Assembly: GCA_019894975.1 (NCBI GenBank)
Contig: JAGXNO010000001.1
Span: 165,677-229,676 of the forward strand
DNA from: Promethearchaeota archaeon
GTDB taxonomy: Archaea; Asgardarchaeota; Lokiarchaeia; Sigyniarchaeales; SOKP01
Length of the DNA: 64,000 nt
Reading direction: 5' to 3'
The notes under the pieces were generated by a model that worked only from the letters and a program-made list of their open reading frames with translations, ran no database searches and had not been told where the DNA came from. Positions 29,332 through 38,928 of the stretch are shown here, piece after piece (within the stretch, counting starts at the first letter, position 1; each line of letters starts with the position of its first letter). A program made the position numbers and the translations under genes.

Positions 29332-29617
29332 TGTTCATATCTGACAATGTGAAGCAATTCGCATCTCATATGAATGTCGAGAAGTAGTATTAGCAAGTCA
29401 GTGTGTTGCGCCAATTGAATTACTTTCGAGTAAGACAATCTGGTAAAATTGAACTTCCCTCACGGGAAGAAAAACTATATTTTCGGGTATAGAATTGAAT
29501 AATAGGTTTCCGGATCTGCTATTCAAATCGATTTAATACATTGAAAATCTGTAGGAAACTATGGATAGCTGATACCTCGTCGATGAAACCTTCGGGATTC
29601 ATTAACGGCTTCTCGTC
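29332..29617 (+). ncRNA. candidate large structured ncRNA of unknown family
   Basis: Nested long-range helices 29378-85/29608-15, 29387-94/29568-75 and 29398-408/29534-44. Hairpins are capped by GCAA, UUCG (three times), GAAA, UCCG and UCAC. Upstream TTTAAATA at 29303-29310; downstream pyrimidine/T-rich tract. Confidence 0.75.
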
Positions 29618-29696
29618 CCTTTATCTTTTAATCTTTCTTAAACTAAGAGTAATTTCTTTATCCTTGAATGTTCATAAAATAGAGAAAAAAAAAAAT

Positions 29697-30239
29697 TTAG
29701 GGAAGTGTGAGTACTTCAAAGAAATCAAATATAATTATTATTAAGCAGAGCAATTCGATTAAAATCCATATATTTCTTTTCAAACTTCTCAGCGCACCAA
29801 GAGGCTTACCGAAATAATTTAAAAGATTGTATATGAAGATAACGATCCAAGCAGTCACTAGAAACACAATAGGAAGAAGCAATGTAATGATTTCACGACC
29901 CTCATATTTCAGTAAATACTCATATCCAAGGATTGAAAACCCAACAATCACAAGAGTAAAACCAAAACCAAATGTATATTCTGCGAAGGTTACAAAACGT
30001 TTAACTCTCTCATCACTATTATCTCTTGAATTGGCTTCAAAATTTGCTTTTGAATTAGCAGATACGGAATTAACAAAGAAGATAAATGAAAGCATCAGCA
30101 AGAAGGTTATAGTAACAATACCATTATCCGGAGGTAATTGCCAAATTAAGGCAAGAATTGTTAAAACTGCGCCAATCATTACAGTACTTAATGTTATCCA
30201 GTCCTTTACGTTTAATTTCTGACTTTCTTCACTACTCAT
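29697..30239 (-). CDS. hypothetical membrane protein
   Basis: 180 aa, about 5 TM segments. Confidence 0.7.
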   Translation of the reverse strand: MSSEESQKLNVKDWITLSTVMIGAVLTILALIWQLPPDNGIVTITFLLMLSFIFFVNSVSANSKANFEANSRDNSDERVKRFVTFAEYTFGFGFTLVIVGFSILGYEYLLKYEGREIITLLLPIVFLVTAWIVIFIYNLLNYFGKPLGALRSLKRNIWILIELLCLIIIIFDFFEVLTLP

Positions 30240-30347
30240 TTTTATTACCTTAAAACAAAATGAATTAAATCTACTGTAACCTCAGTATTTAAAAATGTTA
30301 ATATTGCTTTTGACAGAAAAGAATCAAAAAAAATTGGGATTAATAAG

Positions 30348-30968
30348 CTAAAAAGGTTGTCTTATAACCGTCTTCATAGTAGCGGGATTTGCTTTTCGTG
30401 GATCACTAAGATAAATCTCATGATGTTTAGCTTTAAGCCCATCAAATTTACCTCCCTCTTTCTGAATATGATCATGAACCTTTTGGACTGTAGGTCCCTC
30501 CTCCGAATAAGGGCCTATATGCATAATCTGAGCTGCTTTTCCTTCCTTATACTTTTCTAAACGGAGTTTTGGCAATAACTTCAAGAGTTCAGGTTTTTTA
30601 TCTTTAGTAATTGTAATCGCTTCATCAATCATTTCTTGAGTAATCCAATCTGGTTGCCTTATCATCATCGTCCATTTCCATTTGTCCCGATTTCCCTCTG
30701 TAAAGTCATTCAGGTTATCTGCCCACCACAGACCCTCCAACGGAGGTACTACATAATCTTTACCTTTAGCTTTGCTAAGGAACTTGGTTCTAAATGATAC
30801 AGGATATAACACTGAGAGAGCATCTTGGTATTCTTGGGAATCTCCGGGAGAACCCATCCCATCAATCATCAGAAATTGCATTTCCGGTACTTCAATTATT
30901 ACTGGATCTTTAGCATTTGGTTGATAAAGCTCTTTTTGAGTCTTTTTGTAATCAATTTTTACTGGCAA
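30348..30968 (-). CDS. GyrI-like small-molecule-binding domain protein
   Basis: DYVVPPLEGLWW, WTMMIRQPD, HIGPYSEE, HHEIYLSDPRK; GAGGTG RBS. Confidence 0.9.
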   Translation of the reverse strand: MPVKIDYKKTQKELYQPNAKDPVIIEVPEMQFLMIDGMGSPGDSQEYQDALSVLYPVSFRTKFLSKAKGKDYVVPPLEGLWWADNLNDFTEGNRDKWKWTMMIRQPDWITQEMIDEAITITKDKKPELLKLLPKLRLEKYKEGKAAQIMHIGPYSEEGPTVQKVHDHIQKEGGKFDGLKAKHHEIYLSDPRKANPATMKTVIRQPF

Positions 30969-31020
30969 TTATATCTACACCTCTTTTCTAAAATATTTTA
31001 ATCTCTTGGTTGAAATACCA

Positions 31021-32232
31021 TTAGAACCAAAATTCAACTTCTTCTTCCATATCTTCTCTTATTTGCCTATTAAATCCTTTATATATATCCTTTTGAATGA
31101 TATATTTCATAATTTCGTCAGTTCCACCACCAATTCGATGAAGTCTTATATCCCGGAGCAACCTTTCTATAGGATATTTGTTCGTATACCCAATACCCCC
31201 CATAATTTGCAATGCTTCATCACATATCTTATGTGTAGCGGTGACAATAAAGAGTTTACATGTTGCTGCTAGTGCAGGGTTTTGTGCCTTTTGATATGCT
31301 CTAAAGTATAATGCTTTTCCAGCTTCATAGTTAGCAACCATTTCAGCAACCTTAAAACTTATCCCTTCAAATTCGCTTATGGGTTGCTTAAACTGTACTC
31401 TTTCCTGAGAATATTTTATCACTATTTCGATTGCTCTCTTAGCAACTGCAAGGGCTTGTAGTGACATAGCTACTCTTTCTGGGCCAAGGAATTGCTGCAT
31501 ACTTGAAATAGCAGATGTTCTCTTTTTCTGAGATCCTTCGGTCTTAGGTTTTAACTCACTATAAAATAGCAGATTTTCTTTAGGAACTTTCACATCAGTA
31601 AATTTCAGATGTCCCAAATTTAAACCATGAAGTCCCATTAATTTATATTCTTCAAGCATTTCAAATCCTTTAAAACCAGATTCAACAATAAATGCTCCGT
31701 TTCGTCCATAAACACACATTATATCAGCAACACTACCATTTGTTATGAACCTTTTCTCCCCGTTAAGTATAAAATCACCATCATCATCCTTTTTATAGGT
31801 GGTTTTCATCCTTGAAAGATCAGATCCTGCATCTGGTTCGGTAAAACAAAAACAACCTTTTTTTTCACCAGTTACTAAAGGTTTAATATATTTCCCGAGA
31901 TGCTCTTCTCTTCTAAAAGCTCTTATCAAACCTGCGGGATAGACGCTTGAACCCCGCACCATGTCATAGACCAAACTTTCATAGCATAATGCCTCTACGA
32001 GTAACATATCTTGGAAATAAGAACCACCTCTCCCTCCCATTTCTTTGGGATACGTTAATCCAAGCAAACCTTTCTTTCCCAAAGGCTCCAAAACATCCCA
32101 AACGTTAATCTTACCATCTTCCATGTCCTGTGTTTTAGGAGCAACCTCAGACGCGATTATTTCATCAATTTCCTTTTTAAACTCAATATTTTTTTCACTG
32201 AGGGCATCATGATCAATTACAATTTTTTTCAT
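31021..32232 (-). CDS. acyl-CoA dehydrogenase
   Basis: FTEPDAGSD, LNGEKRFITNG, RVQFKQPI, QIMGGIGY, RIGGGTDEI. Confidence 0.93.
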   Translation of the reverse strand: MKKIVIDHDALSEKNIEFKKEIDEIIASEVAPKTQDMEDGKINVWDVLEPLGKKGLLGLTYPKEMGGRGGSYFQDMLLVEALCYESLVYDMVRGSSVYPAGLIRAFRREEHLGKYIKPLVTGEKKGCFCFTEPDAGSDLSRMKTTYKKDDDGDFILNGEKRFITNGSVADIMCVYGRNGAFIVESGFKGFEMLEEYKLMGLHGLNLGHLKFTDVKVPKENLLFYSELKPKTEGSQKKRTSAISSMQQFLGPERVAMSLQALAVAKRAIEIVIKYSQERVQFKQPISEFEGISFKVAEMVANYEAGKALYFRAYQKAQNPALAATCKLFIVTATHKICDEALQIMGGIGYTNKYPIERLLRDIRLHRIGGGTDEIMKYIIQKDIYKGFNRQIREDMEEEVEFWF

Positions 32233-32335
32233 TTTTCATCAATTTGGGTAATTTTTTATATGTAAAGTGAATTAACTAAATTTTATATTCTTTCTGACAG
32301 TTGTAGATATTATTTTTTTTTAAAATTGATTAGAG

Positions 32336-32548
32336 TTAATTAATGAGTTTATTTATTATATAACTTGGATTTATCCATCTGCCAAGCTGTGCATTAGATG
32401 TAATCACGATTAAAATAATATCAAAGAAAAGAGTTGTTTTTCCTGAACCACTAACACCAGTAGCAGTAACTATTTTATTTTTCGGAAGTGATATATCAAT
32501 GTTCTTTAAATTATGAAGATGGGCATTATAAATTTCAATAGTATTCAT
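32336..32548 (-). pseudogene. uvrA: truncated uvrA(-like) N-terminal fragment
   Basis: [43 protein letters not shown] is the UvrA N-terminus with Walker A; similarity stops after about 45 aa and the ORF ends shortly afterwards. Confidence 0.85.
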
Positions 32549-32848
32549 TTTTATAATATTCTCAAGTTCCAATAAAAAAATAAAATGTCCATATAATTTT
32601 TGATTTTCTAAATTTTCTTTATTCTTCTTCTTTAAATTTCTATACGAGATTTTTGTCGGAGACACTCAACCCAAACAACAGTAGGTTTTTTGTCGGCATC
32701 ATCTTACAAAACTGTTAATTACGTTCCTTTAGTACGTAATTTTGACAAAATATTCAAAACTAAATATTTAGATTTTTATCATGGTATTGAATATTAGAAA
32801 ATTTATACACTGTATCCATTTATTTGATTAAACTAGTAAAATATAATT

Positions 32849-33013
32849 ATGTCAAAAGCAGTTTCATATTACGATTGGGAATTATCATTTCAAAGGAAAA
32901 TTGATATTGAGAAGGAAGAAGTCAATGATAATAAACCGATTAATACATTAGGCATTTTTAAAACTGATTTTAAAGATTTTGTAACAAATTGGAAAGAAAA
33001 AAATCTTAACTAA
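32849..33013 (+). CDS. small hypothetical protein (54 aa, below track cutoff)
   Basis: Hand translation MSKAVSYYDWELSFQRKIDIEKEEVNDNKPINTLGIFKTDFKDFVTNWKEKNLN*, followed by a T-rich tract. Confidence 0.5.
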   Translation: MSKAVSYYDWELSFQRKIDIEKEEVNDNKPINTLGIFKTDFKDFVTNWKEKNLN

Positions 33014-33077
33014 ATTGCTTGTTTTTTATCCTTTATTTGCTCGATTTTGATTTATTTGTACTATTTTATAATTTGAG

Positions 33078-35675
33078 TTATTCGATTATATTATAACGGT
33101 TAAAGAGTCGTACTATAACTTTTATAAGCCAAAAATATTTCTTCCTCATTCTACTGACTAATGAATTTAAATTAAATGGCATTGAATCATCTGCTCGTGA
33201 ATGAATATTCTTTTCGAAATCGGGATAATTCAATCCACCAGTACCTTTAGGAGGTCTGCCAAAACTTCTAACATTTATCCATTCATCTTCATTTGTTTTT
33301 GAACCCACCCATGTTTTATCTGTTTTTATCTGAATTATCTCTCCTGAACTTAATGTTACTATCCCGTATACATTGATTGGCCCTATACCACCAATATAAT
33401 CAATGTTTTCAATCATCACTACATTTTCACCTTTTTTCAGAAATTCTGTGATGTTAAAAATCTGAATATTGTTTTCGATCCCAACATAATTTAGTGTTCG
33501 TCTTGAAATAACATGTCCCACATACTCTCCATTAATAAATATCTTAGAAAAACAACCAGCTATTACCTGTATAAAGGATTGCTCAACCTGTTCATCGATC
33601 TGGATGGTTTTTTTATAAAATGTAGTATGGATTTGATGGATATGATTTGAATCTAGGTAAATCAATTCACTTGGTATATTAGGATTCTCCCACTTTTTAT
33701 TAGCTCTAAGATCCTCTAATTTTTTATTATAGAATTTCAATAACCATAGATATTTTTGGTTAACCGATTTAAAACCATCTTCTTTTGCACAATTAAACCA
33801 AAGAAACTCATACTCATTTAAAAGATTCCGTAAATCTGTTATTAGGTTCTCAATTTCAATAATGCAATAATCCTTAAGAACGGTTCTTTCACGTTTAAGA
33901 TGAAAGTCAACAATATTTAGTGAGTTGATTCGTTTTTTACAATAAAATCTTATATGTTTTGCTACAAATGAAAGATTTCTGATATTGATATTATTTTTTA
34001 CGATTATTTTTCCCAATTCTTCACATTTTTCAATAATTGCATCCATATCAGAAATTAAACTCTTAAAACCCTTAATTTTAATATTTTTTTTATATTTCGA
34101 CGTGTTTTTGTTAAAAGGGTGAGCAAAAAAGTGATTATAATAGCTTGATGTGCGTGTATGCAACAGATTTTTTTCTTGTATCACTCGAAACTTACTAAAT
34201 ATCTCAATAAAACGATGATCAAGTATACCAAAGAAATGAATAAATAATCCTTTCCAGAAATTAGCTTTATTGATCTCTTTACTTGGGTCCCAACCCACCA
34301 TAGCAGAGAATATAAATCCATAAATTCTATTCTCTCGAATTTCTTTATTCCTATAATCACCCCAACTTGAGGTAATTTCCCCAATTATTTCTTTTTTATA
34401 CCCATACTTAATTAAGTTGGTTATATTTTGCTGACATTTATCAATGGATGGAAAAATTCGATTGAAATCCATTATTGAAGGACTTACCAATATTGGAAAA
34501 TTATAATCCTTAATTTTTTCTATTATTGAATGATTTTTCTTAATGCTATAGTTCCAATACATTATTATCATGTCTTTAGGAAGATTTTCAAGAACATCCT
34601 TATATTTGTAAAGAATGTCATGATAAATAATCACCTTCTTATACCCATGTTTTTTGGCTATTTCGTATACTTTTGTATAATGTTTAAAGTATGCATTTCC
34701 AAGTCCCCTTTCTTCTATATAGTGCTTTGAATTAACTTTCCCAACATCAAAACTTTCATCCGCACCAATATGAAAATATTCAGAAGAAAAAACTTCACTT
34801 AGTTCTCCAATCATTTTATCCAACATCACATAAATTTCTTCATTTGCAATGTTTAGACTATTTGAACCAGGGAATTCTCCATACTCCCAATAATCAGGAT
34901 TCTGTAGGATGTTATCCCAATGACCGATAGTTTGGAATATGGGAATTACTTCAACAAAATGATTATTAGCGAAATCAATTAAATCTTTTAAATTTTCCTT
35001 AGAATACGCACCTCGATTCTCCCCGATACTCGGATAATTTTTAAATCTAAACATATCCTGCATATAAACTAAATAATATTGGTTTATCTTGAAATGACTC
35101 AAATTTTTGATGAATTTCTTCAAATTTTCAATCGTAGGTGCTTGTCCTCTTGAAATATCATCAGAAACACCACGAATTTGTAAAGCGGGGAAATCTAGTA
35201 ATATCATATTATTTAAAGAGAGTTTATCTTTAGCGGAGTTTATTATTTGAATAAAGGTTTGTACACCATAAAAAATCCCTTGGATTGAATCCGCTTCGAT
35301 TATTAATTTAGAATCGTTAGAGATCAAGAGATATCCCTGAACCCTATATAGTTCCTTTACTGAAACTGTATTAAAAAGATTTTCTGGAAAAAAGCTTATG
35401 TTATCTTCTAAAAATGTTTTAATTTGTGGAGATTCCTCAATATGCTGAACTCGAATAACTTCTAAAGGGTTCTTAAGGCTAAATGATAATAATACATCTT
35501 GTATCTGTTTGATAATATATTGAAATTTTTCTGTTAAATCCGTGAAAATTTTCGAATCTTCACTAATTATTCCTTTATGTGAATTCTTTATTTTAAAATA
35601 TCGAGGTGGAGGGATTAAATAGATTTCTTCTTTTGTACCCTCCTCTTTATCTAAATTCTCTAGATATATGAACAT
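33078..35675 (-). CDS. glycoside hydrolase family 20 (beta-N-acetylhexosaminidase-like)
   Basis: [15 protein letters not shown], catalytic HIGADE, MYWNY; C-terminal beta-sandwich-like extension. Confidence 0.9.
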   Translation of the reverse strand: MFIYLENLDKEEGTKEEIYLIPPPRYFKIKNSHKGIISEDSKIFTDLTEKFQYIIKQIQDVLLSFSLKNPLEVIRVQHIEESPQIKTFLEDNISFFPENLFNTVSVKELYRVQGYLLISNDSKLIIEADSIQGIFYGVQTFIQIINSAKDKLSLNNMILLDFPALQIRGVSDDISRGQAPTIENLKKFIKNLSHFKINQYYLVYMQDMFRFKNYPSIGENRGAYSKENLKDLIDFANNHFVEVIPIFQTIGHWDNILQNPDYWEYGEFPGSNSLNIANEEIYVMLDKMIGELSEVFSSEYFHIGADESFDVGKVNSKHYIEERGLGNAYFKHYTKVYEIAKKHGYKKVIIYHDILYKYKDVLENLPKDMIIMYWNYSIKKNHSIIEKIKDYNFPILVSPSIMDFNRIFPSIDKCQQNITNLIKYGYKKEIIGEITSSWGDYRNKEIRENRIYGFIFSAMVGWDPSKEINKANFWKGLFIHFFGILDHRFIEIFSKFRVIQEKNLLHTRTSSYYNHFFAHPFNKNTSKYKKNIKIKGFKSLISDMDAIIEKCEELGKIIVKNNINIRNLSFVAKHIRFYCKKRINSLNIVDFHLKRERTVLKDYCIIEIENLITDLRNLLNEYEFLWFNCAKEDGFKSVNQKYLWLLKFYNKKLEDLRANKKWENPNIPSELIYLDSNHIHQIHTTFYKKTIQIDEQVEQSFIQVIAGCFSKIFINGEYVGHVISRRTLNYVGIENNIQIFNITEFLKKGENVVMIENIDYIGGIGPINVYGIVTLSSGEIIQIKTDKTWVGSKTNEDEWINVRSFGRPPKGTGGLNYPDFEKNIHSRADDSMPFNLNSLVSRMRKKYFWLIKVIVRLFNRYNIIE

Positions 35676-35788
35676 ATTATTACTTAAATTGTATGATAAA
35701 AATAAACTTAGCTAAAATTTGAATAATTAGAGAATTGAGAATTTAAAGAACTGTGTATTAAAAAAGAAATTAGTCTAAATAATTAAAA

Positions 35789-37486
35789 TTAAACTTCTTC
35801 TCCTCTTCTTCTGGCTTCAATATCTTTAAGATCTTTACGTAGAACTTTACCCACAAGTGTTTCCGGCAACTCTTTTCTGAACTCTATTTCTCTTGGAACC
35901 TTATAAGGAGCAACATTCGTTCTACAGAATTCTTTAATTTCACTCTTCATCTCATCGCTTTCTGTATATCCATCTTTTAACACAATATATGCTTTTACCT
36001 GCTCATTCCCTTGAAGTCTAGGATCTGGAATTCCTATAATTGCGACATTTTCAACAGCTTCATTTTCAAACAATACATCCTCGAGTTCCCTTGGATAAAC
36101 TTTAAATCCACTCACATTTATCATATCTTTCTTACGATCTACTATGTATAGATAACCATCTTCATCCATTCTCCCGATATCTCCTGTCAAAAGCCATCTG
36201 CCTTTCAATTGTCCCTCCGTTTCTTCTGGTTTATTCCAATACCCCATCATAACTTGAGGGCCTTTAATCATTATCTCTCCTGATTCACCTTGAGGAACAA
36301 TTTTAGTGTAATCATCAATATCTACAATCTTATATTCCGTATTGGGTAATGCTAATCCAACTGAACCTATCTTTCTTGTACCTTTTAAGGGATTAACATG
36401 AGTAGCAGGTGACGCTTCAGTCATTCCATATCCTTCTACGATTACAGCACCAGTTCTCTCTTCAAACTCCTTAAGAACTTCAGGTGGCATTGGAGCAGCA
36501 CCAGTATTACAAATTTTAATTGATTTGAGATCTTTTGCATAATCTTCAAGATCATCACGTTCCAATAGACGCATATACATCGTTGGCACACCAGGAAACA
36601 TTGCGGGATGAGTTGCTTTAATAGTTTCAAAGAGCCCTTTTTGATCTCGAGGATCAGGATGTAAAGCGATGGTCGTTCCACTATATATAAAACTGTTCAT
36701 ACAAACTTGCATCCCGTAGATATGGAACAATGGTAGTGTCGTAAGCGCTGTCATTTTTCCTCTCTCAGCTATAGATTTTGTCCATTCATACATTTGTACA
36801 CAGTTTGCTACGAGATTATAATGGGTGAGCATTGCTCCTTTAGGTAATCCTGTAGTTCCTCCGGTATATTGAAGAACTGCTATATCCTCTTTTGCATTTG
36901 TTTCAAATGTGGGGGGATTTGGCTTAGTTTTTTCAATTAAGTTTAGAAACTGCATAGTCCCCGCTATTTCTGGTGGATTTTTTGTTGCCATGGGGCCAAA
37001 ACCTGGACCATAATCCATTACATTAGTAATAATGATATGTCTAAGACTTGTTCTGTCTTTAAGATTTCTTATTTTCTCTAACTGGTTGTCCCAGGCGATA
37101 ATAATCTCTGCTCCAGAATCATTAATTTGATATGCCAATTCATGTTCTGTGTTAAGAACACTGCAAGCGGTGACTACTGCACCTGCTTTCTGGATACCAT
37201 AAAAACTAAACGGAAATTGAGGCATATTGGGAAGCATAATCGCAACAACATCACCTTTCTTCACTCCTAAATCAACTAAGACAGTAGCCAACCTCTCAGA
37301 AATATCTTTGAATTTCTTATAGGATATCTTATTTTTCATAAACCATATAGCTGTACGTCCTCCAAATTCTTTCGCAGTATTATCAAGAAACTCGTAAATA
37401 TTTATTTCAGGAATTTCTACTTCAATGGGGACTCCTTCGTCATAATGTTTTAGCCAAGGTTTTGCTTCATATGGATTTTCACTCAT
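35789..37486 (-). CDS. long-chain acyl-CoA synthetase
   Basis: QYTGGTTGLPKG, EGYGMTEASP, TGDIG, DRKKDMI, GKVLRK. Confidence 0.93.
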   Translation of the reverse strand: MSENPYEAKPWLKHYDEGVPIEVEIPEINIYEFLDNTAKEFGGRTAIWFMKNKISYKKFKDISERLATVLVDLGVKKGDVVAIMLPNMPQFPFSFYGIQKAGAVVTACSVLNTEHELAYQINDSGAEIIIAWDNQLEKIRNLKDRTSLRHIIITNVMDYGPGFGPMATKNPPEIAGTMQFLNLIEKTKPNPPTFETNAKEDIAVLQYTGGTTGLPKGAMLTHYNLVANCVQMYEWTKSIAERGKMTALTTLPLFHIYGMQVCMNSFIYSGTTIALHPDPRDQKGLFETIKATHPAMFPGVPTMYMRLLERDDLEDYAKDLKSIKICNTGAAPMPPEVLKEFEERTGAVIVEGYGMTEASPATHVNPLKGTRKIGSVGLALPNTEYKIVDIDDYTKIVPQGESGEIMIKGPQVMMGYWNKPEETEGQLKGRWLLTGDIGRMDEDGYLYIVDRKKDMINVSGFKVYPRELEDVLFENEAVENVAIIGIPDPRLQGNEQVKAYIVLKDGYTESDEMKSEIKEFCRTNVAPYKVPREIEFRKELPETLVGKVLRKDLKDIEARRRGEEV

Positions 37487-37575
37487 TTTTTTTCAATTAC
37501 CTCTTAATTATTATATATGATTACATTCAAGTGAAACTATTTTTATACTTAATAAAAGTTAATTACTTAATAAAA

Positions 37576-38916
37576 TTATTTTTCTGTTAGACTATCAATG
37601 GCATTAATTGCAGATTCGCATACATAATCGCATTTATCATGTATTAGATTATTTAAATTTGAAATTATTTCTTCTGAATCTACTCCGATTAGTCCTAATG
37701 CTTCGGATGCTCTCCATCTAACATCAGGTTTTTTATCCATCAAGAGATTAATTAATCCTGGAATCGCAACTTTAGCAGCAGGACCAATCTTACCTAAGGA
37801 GAGTGCAGCTTCTCTGCGAACTTTCTTGTTTGAATCATTTAGAATTTCATATAATGCATTACTAGCTATTTCAGAGCCTATCGCGATTTTTCCCAAAGAA
37901 CGTGAAGCTTCTACTCGAACTGTAGTACTTTTTTCTTTTAATAGTTCAATTATTGAGGGAATTGCATCTTTAGCATCAAGACGCATACTCCCTATCGCTG
38001 AAGTTATAAGCCTTTTCATTTCTTTATTAGAATTCTTCATTGCTTCAACTAAATTGGGGATGGTATCTTTACCAATGTTACGAAGGGCATCAGCAGATTT
38101 ACTACGGACATGTGGATTTTTATCTTGTAAACATAATGATAGACGATCTATTATTTTTCTATCAGAAATTTTTAATTCTCCTAGAGCCTCTATTGCACCT
38201 CTTCTAAATATAGGATTTTCATGTTCTAAAACTTCTAAAAGATTTGGTACAACTATTTCTCCTAATTGTACTAGAGTTTCAATAACTCTGTAACGCACTC
38301 TCCAGTCCATATCTCCCATGGAATTAATTAGGGTTGGAATTGCTGTTACCGAACTTTTACCAATTTTACTAATTGCTTGGGCAGATGTGGTTCTTACACT
38401 CCAACTTACATCTTTTAAACCTTCCATTAGGTTTGAAATGACATTATACTCGTCAGAACCAACCTCTCCAAGTGCTTTAGCTGCTTCCATTCGAACCTCT
38501 TCACTTTTATCTTTTAAGGAATTACTTAAACTAGTAATCGATTCCTTTGAAGGATGCCCAATTTTTCCTAAAGCTATTGCTACTTCTTTTCGAATTGATT
38601 CTTCCTCGCTTTGTAATAGTTTAGTTAAACTGGAAGTTACTTCTTTTGCTAAATTCCCAATTTTTCCTAATGCTTTAGCGGCTTCTCGGCAAATACTCCA
38701 ATCATTATCTTCTAAGCATTCATTTAGCCTTGAGACTGCAAATTCAGATTGTTCTCCTAATTCACCTAGAACAAAGATAGAATTGAAACGTATTGATCTA
38801 ATTTCACTATTTAAATGGTGAATTACTTCTTCTATAATAGAAGGATTTTTTTCTATTCTTGCTAGTACTAAATCTACTCGAGCATCTCTCAATAAGGTTT
38901 CTAACGGAGCTGACAT
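37576..38916 (-). CDS. HEAT-repeat (PBS lyase-like) protein
   Basis: About 12 repeats of 'L.D....VR..AA.ALG.IG'. Confidence 0.92.
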   Translation of the reverse strand: MSAPLETLLRDARVDLVLARIEKNPSIIEEVIHHLNSEIRSIRFNSIFVLGELGEQSEFAVSRLNECLEDNDWSICREAAKALGKIGNLAKEVTSSLTKLLQSEEESIRKEVAIALGKIGHPSKESITSLSNSLKDKSEEVRMEAAKALGEVGSDEYNVISNLMEGLKDVSWSVRTTSAQAISKIGKSSVTAIPTLINSMGDMDWRVRYRVIETLVQLGEIVVPNLLEVLEHENPIFRRGAIEALGELKISDRKIIDRLSLCLQDKNPHVRSKSADALRNIGKDTIPNLVEAMKNSNKEMKRLITSAIGSMRLDAKDAIPSIIELLKEKSTTVRVEASRSLGKIAIGSEIASNALYEILNDSNKKVRREAALSLGKIGPAAKVAIPGLINLLMDKKPDVRWRASEALGLIGVDSEEIISNLNNLIHDKCDYVCESAINAIDSLTEK

Positions 38917-38928
38917 CTTTAAATCACC

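Noticed and set aside
29341-29401. Pseudoknot CUGAC/GUCAG in the candidate RNA
   Set aside because: GUCAG is already used in the longer 11-bp helix 29398-408/29534-44.
29332-29617. Identification of the structured RNA as SRP RNA, RNase P RNA, a group I/II intron, a hammerhead ribozyme or a SECIS
   Set aside because: No SRP helix-8 motif, no GAGGAAAGUCC, no intron P7 or domain-V consensus, CUGAUAC instead of CUGANGA, and no nearby gene with an in-frame UGA. Rejected by eye only; an Rfam search is still needed.
29541-29744. 67-aa ORF in the track
   Set aside because: It overlaps the structured RNA and the 3' end of a convergent gene, starts with TTG and has no recognisable motif.
32549-32665. 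Upstream extension of the uvrA ORF in the track
   Set aside because: UvrA similarity begins at the ATG at 32548; the extension is low-complexity and covers the motif region.
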